Source of the DNA: an uncultured Elusimicrobia bacterium
GTDB lineage: Bacteria; Elusimicrobiota; Endomicrobiia; Endomicrobiales; CAIRNS01
Assembly (NCBI GenBank): GCA_903880015.1
Contig: CAIRNS010000002.1
Coordinates: 82,867 to 146,866, forward strand
Direction: 5' to 3'
Length of the DNA: 64,000 nt
Shown here: one piece after another, positions 1-9,248 of the stretch
How positions within the stretch are numbered: the first letter of the stretch is position 1
Layout: each line of letters opens with the position of its first letter
The notes under the pieces: generated by a model
Database searches by the model: none
The model's input: the letters and a program-made list of their open reading frames with translations, nothing else
What the model was told of the DNA's origin: nothing
Position numbers and translations under genes: made by a program

Positions 1-309
1 ATCAGCGCCCATATTGCCAGAAATATTTTTGACATTACCGACAAGGATATTTTGCATGCGATTACGGCACACACCATCGGGGCCGCCGTCATGAGCCCGC
101 TTGCAAAAATATTATATGTTGCGGATTCGCTTTCACCGGACCGCCGGTATCCGGCTTTAAAACGGATTCGTGCGCTGGCAATATCAAATCTTGACGCAGC
201 AGTGAGTGCCGTCATGGTCAACAAGATGCAGTATGTCGTACTCAAAAAGAAATGGCTGCACCCGCACGCAGTAATTGCCTGGAACACTATTCATCGGGAA
301 AGTTTATAA
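1..309 (+). CDS. yqeK: C-terminal part of a YqeK-type HD-domain phosphohydrolase; 5' end lies outside the window
   Basis: Frame 1 is open from base 1. The translation ISAHIARNIFDITDKDILHAITAHTIGAAVMSPLAKILYVADSLSPDRRYP resembles the conserved C-terminal half of YqeK (HTTG and FVADYIEPGR-like motifs). It sits in the classical yqeK-LCP-rsfS neighbourhood. Confidence 0.6.
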   Translation: MSAHIARNIFDITDKDILHAITAHTIGAAVMSPLAKILYVADSLSPDRRYPALKRIRALAISNLDAAVSAVMVNKMQYVVLKKKWLHPHAVIAWNTIHRESL

Positions 310-1494
310 ATGAAATTGAAATTAGAACACATTGTGTTGGGGTTAATTGTGGTGAGCGTGGCCGCTGCCATGTATTTTTCGTTTAAGAGCCCCTTGACAC
401 GGGCTTTTAGAAACGGGCAGATGATCAACGGATTACTTATCGGAACAGATTTGGTGGATAATTCCCGACATGCCGATACGCTTATTTTTCTCAGCTACGC
501 CCCGGCAACCCGGTTTCTCAATATAATTTCCATCCCCCGCGATACCCGTTTTACTCAAAAAGGGGCACGATTTAGAAAGATTAATGAATTGTACGCTTTC
601 AATTATAAGGCCACAAAGAACGAACAAATGGCCGCACAGGAAACTACGCGGGCGGTTGAGCAGATTTTTAACGGACGGGTTGCCGTCCCGTACTATCTGC
701 AAATTAATTACGAGAGTTTTCGCAAATTCATTGATTTGATTGGCGGCGTGACCATTGATATCGACGAATCCATGAATCACGATGACACCGCCGGCGACCT
801 GCACATTCATTTTGAACCGGGCCGCCACCATTTCGACGGCCGTCAAGCGCTGGAATATGTGCGCTACCGCGGCCCCGCCGGCGATATCGGGCGCGTATTT
901 CGCCAACAACGGTTCCTAAAAGCCACCATGGATCGATTTAAAAATCCTTTGACCATGCTTCGTCTGCCGCAAATAATTGCCACCGTCACCCGGGATATCA
1001 CGACCAATCTTACCGTCTGGGATATTCTGGCGGCGACTCTTGAGATAAAAGACCTTCGCCCCGAGAATATCCGCTTCGCTCAGTTGCCGGGCACATCAAA
1101 AAACTCCTACTGGGAGACGGACGCCGATAACTGCCGCGGTTTGTTCGACCAAATAGTGCCTTCGACGGGCACTGTCGTGGCGGCTGGCCCGCTCATCCGC
1201 GTTGAGGTCTGGAACGCATCGGGCATTAACAAATTGGCTGATAAGGTGAATTGGATGTTGCGCAAACAGGGATACGATGTCATCGAGTCGGGAACTTATT
1301 CCGTCGTGCAGAAAAAAACATTGATCAAGGATTTGACGGGAAACCTGAGAGCTGCGCAAAAAATCGCAAACATCGTCGGTTGCGGCGAAGTAATCACCCG
1401 CTTTGACAATAAACGATATGTCGATATTTCGGTGACTCTCGGCGAAGATTGCAAGATAAGCGATACGGACAAACAGTCCGCGAATAAACATTAG
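310..1494 (+). CDS. LytR-CpsA-Psr (LCP) family protein with a LytR_C-like C-terminal domain
   Basis: N-terminal TM helix, then LLIGTDLVDNSRHADTLIFLSY...ISIPRDT typical of the LCP catalytic domain. The C-terminal IRVEVWNASGINKLA region resembles LytR_C. The ATG abuts the yqeK stop. Confidence 0.8.
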   Translation: MKLKLEHIVLGLIVVSVAAAMYFSFKSPLTRAFRNGQMINGLLIGTDLVDNSRHADTLIFLSYAPATRFLNIISIPRDTRFTQKGARFRKINELYAFNYKATKNEQMAAQETTRAVEQIFNGRVAVPYYLQINYESFRKFIDLIGGVTIDIDESMNHDDTAGDLHIHFEPGRHHFDGRQALEYVRYRGPAGDIGRVFRQQRFLKATMDRFKNPLTMLRLPQIIATVTRDITTNLTVWDILAATLEIKDLRPENIRFAQLPGTSKNSYWETDADNCRGLFDQIVPSTGTVVAAGPLIRVEVWNASGINKLADKVNWMLRKQGYDVIESGTYSVVQKKTLIKDLTGNLRAAQKIANIVGCGEVITRFDNKRYVDISVTLGEDCKISDTDKQSANKH

Positions 1495-1550
1495 GCTGTG
1501 CGTCCGGCAGTAATCACCGGAGCACTACCGTCAATGAAAAAGAGGAACTT

Positions 1551-1907
1551 ATGAATTTTTTGAGCGCATCCCGCAAGGCGGCAACCATTGCCGAAGACAA
1601 AAAAGCTGAAGACATTGTGGTATTGAATATCAGGCAGTTGACTGAAGTCGCTGACTATTTGTTAGTGTTCACGGTGAACTCCGCGGCCCAAATGAACGCC
1701 GTGCTCGACACCATTGAAAAAGAATTTAAATCTTCTTTAGCGCTCATGCCCCTTCACCGCGACGGCCGGCAGTCCCGTTCTTGGGCCGTACTCGATTACG
1801 GCGGCTTGGTGATTCACGCAATGTTTCCCACAGCCCGCGACCTATACGCGCTTGAAAAGATATGGTCCGGCGCCCGCACCACACGCTTTCCCGCTGTCCG
1901 CAAGTAA
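1551..1907 (+). CDS. rsfS: Ribosome silencing factor RsfS (iojap family)
   Basis: 118 aa with DIVVLNIRQLTEVADYLLVFTVNS and WAVLDYGGLVIHAMFPTARDLYALEKIW, both RsfS signatures. A GAGGAA RBS precedes the ATG. Confidence 0.85.
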   Translation: MNFLSASRKAATIAEDKKAEDIVVLNIRQLTEVADYLLVFTVNSAAQMNAVLDTIEKEFKSSLALMPLHRDGRQSRSWAVLDYGGLVIHAMFPTARDLYALEKIWSGARTTRFPAVRK

Positions 1908-1947
1908 TGAGCGGAAGCGCTACCCTTCTCTCGAAACTCTCCCGCAT

Positions 1948-1976
1948 TGAATAATCAATATAATGTTGATTATTCA
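1948..1976. terminator. AT-rich hairpin between convergent rsfS and msrAB (possible bidirectional terminator)
   Basis: TGAATAATCAA (1948-1958) and TTGATTATTCA (1966-1976) are perfect reverse complements with a 7-nt loop. A T10 run follows at about 2003-2012. Confidence 0.4.
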
Positions 1977-2023
1977 GCCACTTCTTTAACTAATATTTCG
2001 ATTTTTTTTTTACTGGCGGGATT

Positions 2024-3025
2024 TTAGCGTATATGACAGGCACCTTCAATGCCTTGCTTTTCAAAATATCGCTGATGATATTCTTCTGCCGGATAAAAGG
2101 GGCCGGCGGGTAGTATTTCAGTGACAATGCTGTTTTTGTGCACGCCTGATTTCCCCACCTGCTCTTTTGACGCCTTTGCCTGCGCTTCCTGCGCGGGTGT
2201 AAAATAATAAATCGCTGACCGATATTGCGTACCAGTGTCCGGCCCCTGCCGGTTCATCGTCGTAGGATCATGCATTTCCCAGAAAGCTGCCAGAAGTTCG
2301 TCGTATGAAATGACTGAAGGATCATATTCAACGAGGGTTACTTCCGCATGGCCGGTTTTCCCGGTGCAGACATCACTGTATGAAGGGTTTTTTAAATGGC
2401 CCCCGCTATAGCCCACTTTTGTTGAAATTACTCCTTTTTTCCCCCTGAAAGCTGACTCCACGCCCCAAAAACAACCTGCGGCGAACAGCGCACGAGCAAT
2501 TTCCTTTTTTGCGGGAATAAAACTGAGCGCAAGCGCATTGATACAGTATCTTTTATGCGTCGGCGCCGGGCCGTCGTCAAAAACATGCCCGAGATGTCCC
2601 CCGCACCGCGCGCACACTACTTCAGTGCGCTCCATGCCGTATCCTTTGTCGTCGGAAAAAGCAATATTCCCCGGAGCAACCGGATCAAAAAAACTGGGCC
2701 AGCCAGTCCCCGAATCAAATTTTGTTTTTGATACAAACAGGTCAGTACCGCAACAGACACACCGGTACAAACCGGGTTCTTTATTGTCATGGAGGGCACA
2801 GCTAAACGCCCGCTCGGTATCTTTCTTCCGGGCAACCGCAAACTGCTCAGGCGTCAGTATCTGCTTCCACTCAGCGTCCGTTTTGCTTATAGTGTGAACG
2901 GTAAGCGTTTTCCCGAGTGTATAATCATAAATTGGTATTTTCTTGATATCCATCCGCTCACTCCCGCCGGAAAATATGACTGCCATAAACAAAGTTGCAA
3001 CTATCAAAATACATATGTTTTTCAT
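2024..3025 (-). CDS. msrAB: Secreted bifunctional methionine sulfoxide reductase (MsrB domain followed by MsrA domain)
   Basis: Signal peptide. MsrB/SelR motifs CVCCGTDLF, GTGWPSF and CARCGGHLGHVF, followed by the MsrA active site GCFWGVES and the YHQ.Y tail. Confidence 0.9.
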   Translation of the reverse strand: MKNICILIVATLFMAVIFSGGSERMDIKKIPIYDYTLGKTLTVHTISKTDAEWKQILTPEQFAVARKKDTERAFSCALHDNKEPGLYRCVCCGTDLFVSKTKFDSGTGWPSFFDPVAPGNIAFSDDKGYGMERTEVVCARCGGHLGHVFDDGPAPTHKRYCINALALSFIPAKKEIARALFAAGCFWGVESAFRGKKGVISTKVGYSGGHLKNPSYSDVCTGKTGHAEVTLVEYDPSVISYDELLAAFWEMHDPTTMNRQGPDTGTQYRSAIYYFTPAQEAQAKASKEQVGKSGVHKNSIVTEILPAGPFYPAEEYHQRYFEKQGIEGACHIR

Positions 3026-3327
3026 GCGTTTTGTGCATCCATGACTGCCTTCCTCGCATCATCAATCACCGCCCGCGGTATCCGTTTTACGGCTATGAGC
3101 ACGAGCACTGGAACAATGATGGCATCATCAAGATGCCCGAGCACCGGAATCCAGTCCGGAATTAAATCAAAGGGCATAAGAGCATAGCCCACAGCAATCC
3201 ATAACAGCACCCGGGCGCTTTTTGGCGTCCGCGTATCTTTCATTACTCGCTGGTACACTTTAAGTTCTTGCTTAAACCAGCGGGTAATATCTTGAAGCGT
3301 CTTTATTTTATCTTTCAGCATCCGCAC
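3022..3327 (-). CDS. YkvA/DUF1232 family small membrane protein
   Basis: LLWIAVGYALMPFDLIPDWIPVLGHLDDAIIV is the characteristic DUF1232 core. It overlaps the msrAB start by 4 nt. Confidence 0.7.
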   Translation of the reverse strand: MRMLKDKIKTLQDITRWFKQELKVYQRVMKDTRTPKSARVLLWIAVGYALMPFDLIPDWIPVLGHLDDAIIVPVLVLIAVKRIPRAVIDDARKAVMDAQNA

Positions 3328-3349
3328 CCCGCCAGATAAGGCCGGAATA

Positions 3350-4216
3350 TCATTTTTGCGTTATCGATGACAGTACTTCGTTAAGGCGCTCAAGGTCTTT
3401 AAGGGAGAAATAGTGAATCTCGATTTTCCCTTTAGTTGATTTCCCGACTATCTTTACCTTGGTGCCCAACTGCCGCTGCAGTTCTTCCGCCAAACGCACT
3501 AATTCCGCTTCGGGCTTTTTCTGTTTTCGTACTGCGGGGCGAACTCCGTTTTTAATGCCTGCGACAATGCCTTCGATGTCTCTGACTGTCAATTTCTCGA
3601 CCAATATCCGCAAAGCAAGCTCTTTTTGCGTATCCGTGTTGTCTATCCCCGCCAACATCCTGCCATGGCCGGCGGACATCAGCCCCTGCGATATGGCGTC
3701 CTGCACATCCTCAGACAACTGCAACAACCGCAAAGAATTGGCAATCACTGCCCGGTCTTTACCCAGAACCTTCGCCAACTCCTCCTGAGTATGATGAAAT
3801 TCGTCATGAAGGCGCTTATATGCCCGTGCTTCTTCAATCGGGTTAAGATCTTCTCGCTGAATATTTTCAATAAGGGCCAGGTGGAACCGTTCTTTTTCGC
3901 TGGCGTGGCGAATGACCGCCGTTACTTCTTTGAGCCCCGCCAATTTCGTCGCGCGCCACCGCCGTTCACCGGCAATCAGTTCAAATTCACCGGGAATCAT
4001 CGACGGTGCCACAATAATCGGCTGGGCGAGACCGTGGTGCTTGATTGACTCTGCCAGCTCGCGTAATTTTTCGTCGTTGAACACTTTTCGCGGCTGAAAT
4101 TTGTTCGGTTTAATCTTGTCGACCGCAATAGTCATAACCGAATTCTTTGCATCCCCTTTTGCCGGAGACGACGGTTGTATCAGCGATTCCAATCCTCTGC
4201 CCAGTGCCTTATGCAT
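3350..4216 (-). CDS. parB: Chromosome partitioning protein ParB/Spo0J
   Basis: LGRGLESLI N-terminus, the ParB box GERRWRA, and an HTH region. Confidence 0.9.
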   Translation of the reverse strand: MHKALGRGLESLIQPSSPAKGDAKNSVMTIAVDKIKPNKFQPRKVFNDEKLRELAESIKHHGLAQPIIVAPSMIPGEFELIAGERRWRATKLAGLKEVTAVIRHASEKERFHLALIENIQREDLNPIEEARAYKRLHDEFHHTQEELAKVLGKDRAVIANSLRLLQLSEDVQDAISQGLMSAGHGRMLAGIDNTDTQKELALRILVEKLTVRDIEGIVAGIKNGVRPAVRKQKKPEAELVRLAEELQRQLGTKVKIVGKSTKGKIEIHYFSLKDLERLNEVLSSITQK

Positions 4217-4242
4217 TGTTCCTCCGTAGTTTATAGAATCAG

Positions 4243-5016
4243 TTATTTCGTTATGCCGTGCAGTTCCAAGAATTCTTTCGCAAGGTCAAGATACGCCAGC
4301 GTTCCGCGACATGTTTTATCATACAACAAAACCGGCTTCCCATGGCTCGGCGCCTCGGCCAAACGCACTGTCCGGGGAATAGTGGTGTGATACACCTTGT
4401 CGCCAAAGTATTTCTTTATCTCATCGCGCACCTGGGTTGAAAGGTTCATCCGGCTGTCAAACATGGTGATGAGCACCCCCTCAATTTCTATTTCCTTATT
4501 ATAGCTTTGCCGTATCAATTCAATAGTTTTCAGTAGTTGGCCAAGTCCTTCCAGCGCGTAGTACTCTGCTTGAATGGGTATAAGCAGTGAATCGGCAGCC
4601 GAGAAAGCATTTATCGTTAAAAGGTTTAATGAGGGGGGGCAATCTATAAGGACATACTTGTAAACCCGGTGAAACTTATCCAGCGCATTTTTTAGCCGCA
4701 GTTCGCGCTCCGGCATATTCACTAACTCAACATCTGCGCCGAACAAGTCAATATTCGACGGTGCGATATCCAGCCAGTCCATAGCGGTTGGCTGAATAAT
4801 ATCTTCCAAGGCCATCTCATCTATAAGCACATGATATATCTGTTTATCGAGCCCCGTTTTATTAATTCCCAGCCCGCTGGTTGAATTCCCCTGAGGATCA
4901 AGGTCTATAAGCAGCGTTTCCTGCCCCATATGTGCCAAACTGGCGGCAAGATTGACCGCCGTCGTTGTTTTACCTACTCCGCCCTTTTGATTTGCGACAG
5001 CAATGATTTTGCTCAT
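4243..5016 (-). CDS. parA: Chromosome partitioning ATPase ParA/Soj
   Basis: Deviant Walker A KIIAVANQKGGVGKTTTAVNLA. Full-length ParA/Soj-like sequence directly upstream of parB. Confidence 0.92.
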   Translation of the reverse strand: MSKIIAVANQKGGVGKTTTAVNLAASLAHMGQETLLIDLDPQGNSTSGLGINKTGLDKQIYHVLIDEMALEDIIQPTAMDWLDIAPSNIDLFGADVELVNMPERELRLKNALDKFHRVYKYVLIDCPPSLNLLTINAFSAADSLLIPIQAEYYALEGLGQLLKTIELIRQSYNKEIEIEGVLITMFDSRMNLSTQVRDEIKKYFGDKVYHTTIPRTVRLAEAPSHGKPVLLYDKTCRGTLAYLDLAKEFLELHGITK

Positions 5017-5088
5017 AATTTTATTCCTCTTCTTGTAAAATTATCCTCGCCGAAAAAAGTATATCAAAATTCTGCGCCGCATGCAAAT

Positions 5089-5104
5089 TGTTTCACATGA
5101 AACA
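5089..5104. promoter_or_regulatory. parS-like palindrome (one central mismatch)
   Basis: TGTTTCACATGAAACA versus the consensus TGTTTCACGTGAAACA. It lies 73 nt upstream of the parA start. Confidence 0.75.
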
Positions 5105-5220
5105 ATCGTTGCCCCCTAGCGGCAATTAATAGCCCAATACTATCGGCTCTTTGCAGAGATGTGCCCAGTAGTTCGTTTTGAGGCGCAGCAGCTTTCTGCT
5201 TGTTACACTATAATGAAACA

Positions 5221-5236
5221 TGTTTCACGTGAAACA
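5221..5236. promoter_or_regulatory. Perfect consensus parS site
   Basis: TGTTTCACGTGAAACA read directly. It is preceded by an overlapping half-site (GAAACA at 5215-5220). Another half-site CATGTTTCAT lies at about 5283-5292. Confidence 0.9.
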
Positions 5237-5401
5237 ATCAATAATTCCCCTGAAGCGAACCCATTATATTGCCGAGAAGCGACATGTTTCATAAACTCTT
5301 TCATAACCAGGAATTGATTAAAGTTTCTTAATTATAGCATTGATTTCTCATTCATATTTCAATGCTATTTTAATATTGCCATTACTCCACAGAGCACAGA
5401 C

Positions 5402-6082
5402 CTATTGTTTCTTTTTTGCCGGGAAAATATGGGTAATCTCTTTAATATCATCAATGATGATATCTGCCTGGGAAAGATATTCGGAAGGCAAGCTTGTGGT
5501 AAGAGCTATGCAGAACATGCCGGCAGCTTTTGCCGCCCTGATGCCGTAGGGGGCGTTTTCAACCACAATGCAATCGCACGGATTAAGTTGCAATTGTTTT
5601 GCGGCCTTGAGATAGGGGTCAGGGAAAGGTTTGCCACGCTTGACCATATCGCCGGTGACGATAACGGAAAATAAATTTCTCAATGACGGCGGAAGAATGC
5701 GCAGCATTTCTTTGTGCGTCGTCCCGGTAACCAGCGCAAGCGGATATCCCTGCCGTCGCAAACGGGGCAATATCTCTTCGACCGCATGAAAAATCGTTCG
5801 CTTGAAATATTTTCTAAATATAGTATCTTTTGCTTTAAATATGTCCTGAATAAGCGCCCGCGTCAACGGCCGCCTCGACGGGCGCCACAACGCCCGCAAC
5901 GCCTTATCCCACTGCTCGCCTTCCCGCTGATACACATCAAAACACTTGACGCTGACATCATACGGCCGCAGCGCTTCATACCACGAAATAAAATGATACG
6001 GCATGGAATCGACGATAACGCCGTCCATATCAAATAATATAGCCCGCGGCTTGCGGGGAATGGCATGTCGTTGAATAGTCAT
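5402..6082 (-). CDS. HAD-IA family hydrolase (beta-phosphoglucomutase-like)
   Basis: Motif I AILFDMDGVIVDS, motif II LVTGT, and a C-terminal VENAPYGIRAAKAAG motif. Confidence 0.8.
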   Translation of the reverse strand: MTIQRHAIPRKPRAILFDMDGVIVDSMPYHFISWYEALRPYDVSVKCFDVYQREGEQWDKALRALWRPSRRPLTRALIQDIFKAKDTIFRKYFKRTIFHAVEEILPRLRRQGYPLALVTGTTHKEMLRILPPSLRNLFSVIVTGDMVKRGKPFPDPYLKAAKQLQLNPCDCIVVENAPYGIRAAKAAGMFCIALTTSLPSEYLSQADIIIDDIKEITHIFPAKKKQ

Positions 6083-6105
6083 AATTTATAGGCGGATATA
6101 CGGTA

Positions 6106-6648
6106 CTACTTTCGAATGCGATTAAAAAATTGCAGGGCGGCTTTTGATTGATAGTCAGAGTATGTCCAGGGAAGGAAAACATAGCTCCCTTTTTGGAACA
6201 TCATGGTCACTTCGGCATAGATGCCATCGGATAAATAGATGCGATGGCTGTAATCTTTTGTTGATGCCAGCACAACTTTTGCCGGGGTTACATACCCGGG
6301 GTCGATATTCATCCGGCGTTTTCCGTCGGTGGCGCAGGATTGTTCAATATCATTGGATGCCCGCTTAACTGCGGCAAGACAGGAGGGGGAACGCAAACCC
6401 GGGAAACTTACCCAGCAGCGAAGCAGATTATCGCCCATTTCCGGCGCATAGTAGTCGGTAAAGGTAAAAGGGACGACCTCGCTCTCGGTATCAATGTCCC
6501 CCCAGCAATAGGCAAGCAGTTTCTTTGCCCGCTGTAACAGGGCGTCATCAGCCGCAATGATACCGGCGAAAAGTTTCACCGGTTTTTCCACATGTATTGT
6601 ACCCATAGTAATGGTGTCCATTGTGGCAAATATTCCCGCCGTTTTCAA
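6106..6648 (-). CDS. DUF4416-like protein of unknown function
   Basis: 180 aa. KLFAGII..., NIDPGYVTPAKVVLASTKDYSHRIYLSDGIYAEVT matches my recollection of the DUF4416 pattern. Not verified by HMM. Confidence 0.5.
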   Translation of the reverse strand: MKTAGIFATMDTITMGTIHVEKPVKLFAGIIAADDALLQRAKKLLAYCWGDIDTESEVVPFTFTDYYAPEMGDNLLRCWVSFPGLRSPSCLAAVKRASNDIEQSCATDGKRRMNIDPGYVTPAKVVLASTKDYSHRIYLSDGIYAEVTMMFQKGSYVFLPWTYSDYQSKAALQFFNRIRK

Positions 6649-6787
6649 CCCCTGAGTGGGGCCTTGACACCTTTACAGCAAACGGCGGCGAAGCAAGCTG
6701 CGCGGCTACACAAGAAAAACCTATCATTGTGTGCTTGTTGTTGGCAGCTGTAGCTGCAGAGCTTGCTCTGCCGGTGGGGCTTTGACT

Positions 6788-6816
6788 TTGACAACGAGAG
6801 AAATATTATATATAAT
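6788..6816 (+). promoter_or_regulatory. Consensus sigma70-type promoter of the rpmH operon
   Basis: TTGACA (6788-6793), a 17-nt spacer, then TATAAT (6811-6816). The -10 ends only 9 nt before the rpmH ATG. Confidence 0.6.
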
Positions 6817-6825
6817 CCCTTCACT

Positions 6826-6960
6826 ATGAAACGCACTTTTCAACCTAATGTAAAACGCAGAAAAAAGAAGATCGGGTTCAGAGCCCGTATGGCAACCAGC
6901 GGCGGTCGCAGAGTTCTTAGCGCTCGGCGCAGAAAAGGCCGCAAACGCCTTTCAGCATAA
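6826..6960 (+). CDS. rpmH: 50S ribosomal protein L34
   Basis: [44 protein letters not shown] is a textbook L34 sequence. The internal ATG at 6826 of the 6763-6960 track ORF is taken as the start. Confidence 0.95.
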   Translation: MKRTFQPNVKRRKKKIGFRARMATSGGRRVLSARRRKGRKRLSA

Positions 6961-6988
6961 CATTGCAGCGTTCGAACCCGGCAGGTGA

Positions 6989-7432
6989 GTGAAGATGGGG
7001 CAGCCGATGCAAAATCCGGGGTCAATAACTTCGAGCGTGAATGGTGATTTTAATTTTCGCTGGCACGAACGGCTTCACCGTGATCGTGAATTTCAGCGAG
7101 CAATAAAAGAGGGCCGGAGGCTGGTTCATCCGGCGCTTTTTATTTTTATCTGCCCGCGTAACGACAAGCGCATGCTGCGCCGTCTTGGGCTGGTCACCAG
7201 CCGCAAGGTGGGCACCGCCGTTGAGCGCAACCGGGTAAAACGCTTACTGCGGGAATTATTCCGCCTCAACAAGCACTTGTTACTGCCCGGTATTGATATG
7301 GTGTTTATATTACGGCGCGGTGCCGTAGGGTTGTCGCTGGAAAAACTGAGTGCCATACTGTTCGGTCTGTGGCAAACAGCCGGCGCTTTGTCCGCAAAAA
7401 CGGCCGGCACCGCTGAGCAAGATCACTTATAA
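6989..7432 (+). CDS. rnpA: RNase P protein component (start uncertain; GTG at 7037 is also possible)
   Basis: [17 protein letters not shown]..., [25 protein letters not shown] is the RnpA motif. Position after rpmH is canonical. Confidence 0.85.
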   Translation: MKMGQPMQNPGSITSSVNGDFNFRWHERLHRDREFQRAIKEGRRLVHPALFIFICPRNDKRMLRRLGLVTSRKVGTAVERNRVKRLLRELFRLNKHLLLPGIDMVFILRRGAVGLSLEKLSAILFGLWQTAGALSAKTAGTAEQDHL

Positions 7433-7433
7433 T

Positions 7434-7676
7434 ATGAAAGCAGCAGCGCTTGCCTGCATACGGCTCTATCAATCAGTGTCCCTCGGCGGTGTGCCGCGGT
7501 GCCGGTTTTATCCGTCCTGCTCCCACTATGCCTACGACGCCATTGAGCACTATGGCATGGGAGCTGGCATTTGGATGGGGATAAAAAGAATACTCCGGTG
7601 CCATCCGTTCCATGCCGGCGGCTACGATCCTGTCCCGACAGAAAAAATCGATGTAGGACTACAAACTCATCCTTAG
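7434..7676 (+). CDS. yidD: Membrane protein insertion efficiency factor YidD
   Basis: [33 protein letters not shown]...[17 protein letters not shown]. The ATG at 7434 is internal to the longer track ORF. Confidence 0.9.
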   Translation: MKAAALACIRLYQSVSLGGVPRCRFYPSCSHYAYDAIEHYGMGAGIWMGIKRILRCHPFHAGGYDPVPTEKIDVGLQTHP

Positions 7677-7691
7677 AGATGAAAGGAACAT

Positions 7692-9248
7692 ATGCAAAAA
7701 AATACAGTGTGGGCAGTTTTAGCGGCATCACTTTTTCTCCTGGTCTGGTACGGATGGATTATGCCTCCGCAGAAACAGGTTCCTGCGCCGGCGGCCGTAG
7801 CGCAGCGCGCGACAGACATACAACTCAACCCCGTGGAATCAACGCTCAAGCCGACAACCGAAAAGAATGAAAATTTTGTCGCTGAGCAAGAAGCCATAAT
7901 TGAAACCAACACGTATCGGGCAGTTTTTACCAATCGCGGCGCCGGCATCAAACACTGGTTTCTGAAAGAAAAAAATGGCGTTTTGACTGACCTTGTTTTG
8001 CCCGAATCCTCCCCCTGTCTGGCAACATTCCCCGGCTCTAATTATCTTATTTCCCGGCCGGCAACCAATAAAATTGTATTTACTCACACATCGCCTCTCG
8101 GCTGGCGGATAATAAAAACATTCGACCTGTCTAACGATTATCTGCACACCATAACCATAGATACCGCAAAAATAAACTCTTCCGCTGCATTGCCGGTCAT
8201 CGAATTAAACTGGGGCCCGGGCCTGGGGACCGACTTAAAAGAAGAAAAAGAAAATTATTCTCTTACGCGCGCCATCGGATTCCCGCGCGCAAAACCTTTA
8301 AAACTGGAAAGCTTTAAAGCAGGTGAATATTATTCCGCCGCGGGACTGCGCTGGGCTGCCGTCGATAACCGCTATTTTCTGGCAGCGCTGATCTTCGATG
8401 AAACTTCTCCTTTTACCACCGTGTCCGCGTATCGTGAAAACAAAAAAATGCCCTTCGGCATCGTGGTGTCTTCTCCGAAACCCGGAGACACATCGTCTCA
8501 GAAATACGCCGTGCAGGTTTACCTCGGCCCCAAGGGTCATACTCATTTAAAATCGCTCGGCTTGAAGTTGGAAGAATCTGTTGATTTCGGCTTTTTTGGG
8601 TTTCTCGGAAAAGCAACGCTCTCAGTGCTGTTGTACTTGTATTCAGTAACGCACAACTATGGCTGGGCAATCATTATTCTGACCATTATTCTGCAGATAC
8701 TGGTCCTGCCATTAACCATGAAAAGCTTCAAAGCCTCCGCCCACATGAAAAAACTGCAGCCCCTGATGAAACAGATTCAAGATAAGTTCAAAAACGACCC
8801 CAAGCGGCTACAGGCCGAAATGATGAACATTTATAAGGTCCACAAATTCAACCCGATGAGCGGCTGCTTACCAATGCTACTGCAGCTGCCTATATTTTGG
8901 GCGCTGTTTACCACATTGCGTAACGCGATTGAACTGCGCAACGCGCCGTGGATTCTGTGGGTGACGGACTTGTCCGCACCGGAAGTGTTGATGACCGTTG
9001 CCGGGTATCCTATCCATCTTCTGCCGCTTATCATGGGCATCGGCATGTTCTTTCAGCAAAAAATGATGTCTGCCACCAGCGATCCGATGCAGGCAAAAAT
9101 CATGTATTTCATGCCGGTTATGTTCATCTTCATGTTCTGGGGATTCCCGGCGGGCCTGGTGCTGTACTGGCTGACCAACAGCATTGTCACCATGATTGAG
9201 CAGATGATTATAATGAAACAAGACACCGGAGGTGTCGTCAATGGCTGA
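7692..9248 (+). CDS. yidC: Membrane protein insertase YidC
   Basis: N-terminal anchor, a large periplasmic domain, and the C-terminal 60-kDa insertase core (KMQ/KLQPLMKQIQDKFKNDPKRLQAEMMNIYK...GCLPMLLQLPIF). Confidence 0.92.
   Translation: MQKNTVWAVLAASLFLLVWYGWIMPPQKQVPAPAAVAQRATDIQLNPVESTLKPTTEKNENFVAEQEAIIETNTYRAVFTNRGAGIKHWFLKEKNGVLTDLVLPESSPCLATFPGSNYLISRPATNKIVFTHTSPLGWRIIKTFDLSNDYLHTITIDTAKINSSAALPVIELNWGPGLGTDLKEEKENYSLTRAIGFPRAKPLKLESFKAGEYYSAAGLRWAAVDNRYFLAALIFDETSPFTTVSAYRENKKMPFGIVVSSPKPGDTSSQKYAVQVYLGPKGHTHLKSLGLKLEESVDFGFFGFLGKATLSVLLYLYSVTHNYGWAIIILTIILQILVLPLTMKSFKASAHMKKLQPLMKQIQDKFKNDPKRLQAEMMNIYKVHKFNPMSGCLPMLLQLPIFWALFTTLRNAIELRNAPWILWVTDLSAPEVLMTVAGYPIHLLPLIMGIGMFFQQKMMSATSDPMQAKIMYFMPVMFIFMFWGFPAGLVLYWLTNSIVTMIEQMIIMKQDTGGVVNG

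Noticed and set aside
6649-6787. Nested inverted repeats (GCAAGCTGC...GCAGAGCTTGC, GCAGCTGTAGCTGC, CACAA...TTGTG) suggesting a structured RNA between DUF4416 and rpmH
   Set aside because: The stems are short and imperfect. I found no promoter or terminator framing them and could not match any known RNA family. More likely this is the divergent promoter region.
6961-6990. GTTCGAACCC, a tRNA T-arm-like sequence just after rpmH
   Set aside because: No acceptor, D or anticodon stems can be drawn around it. The upstream sequence is the rpmH coding region.
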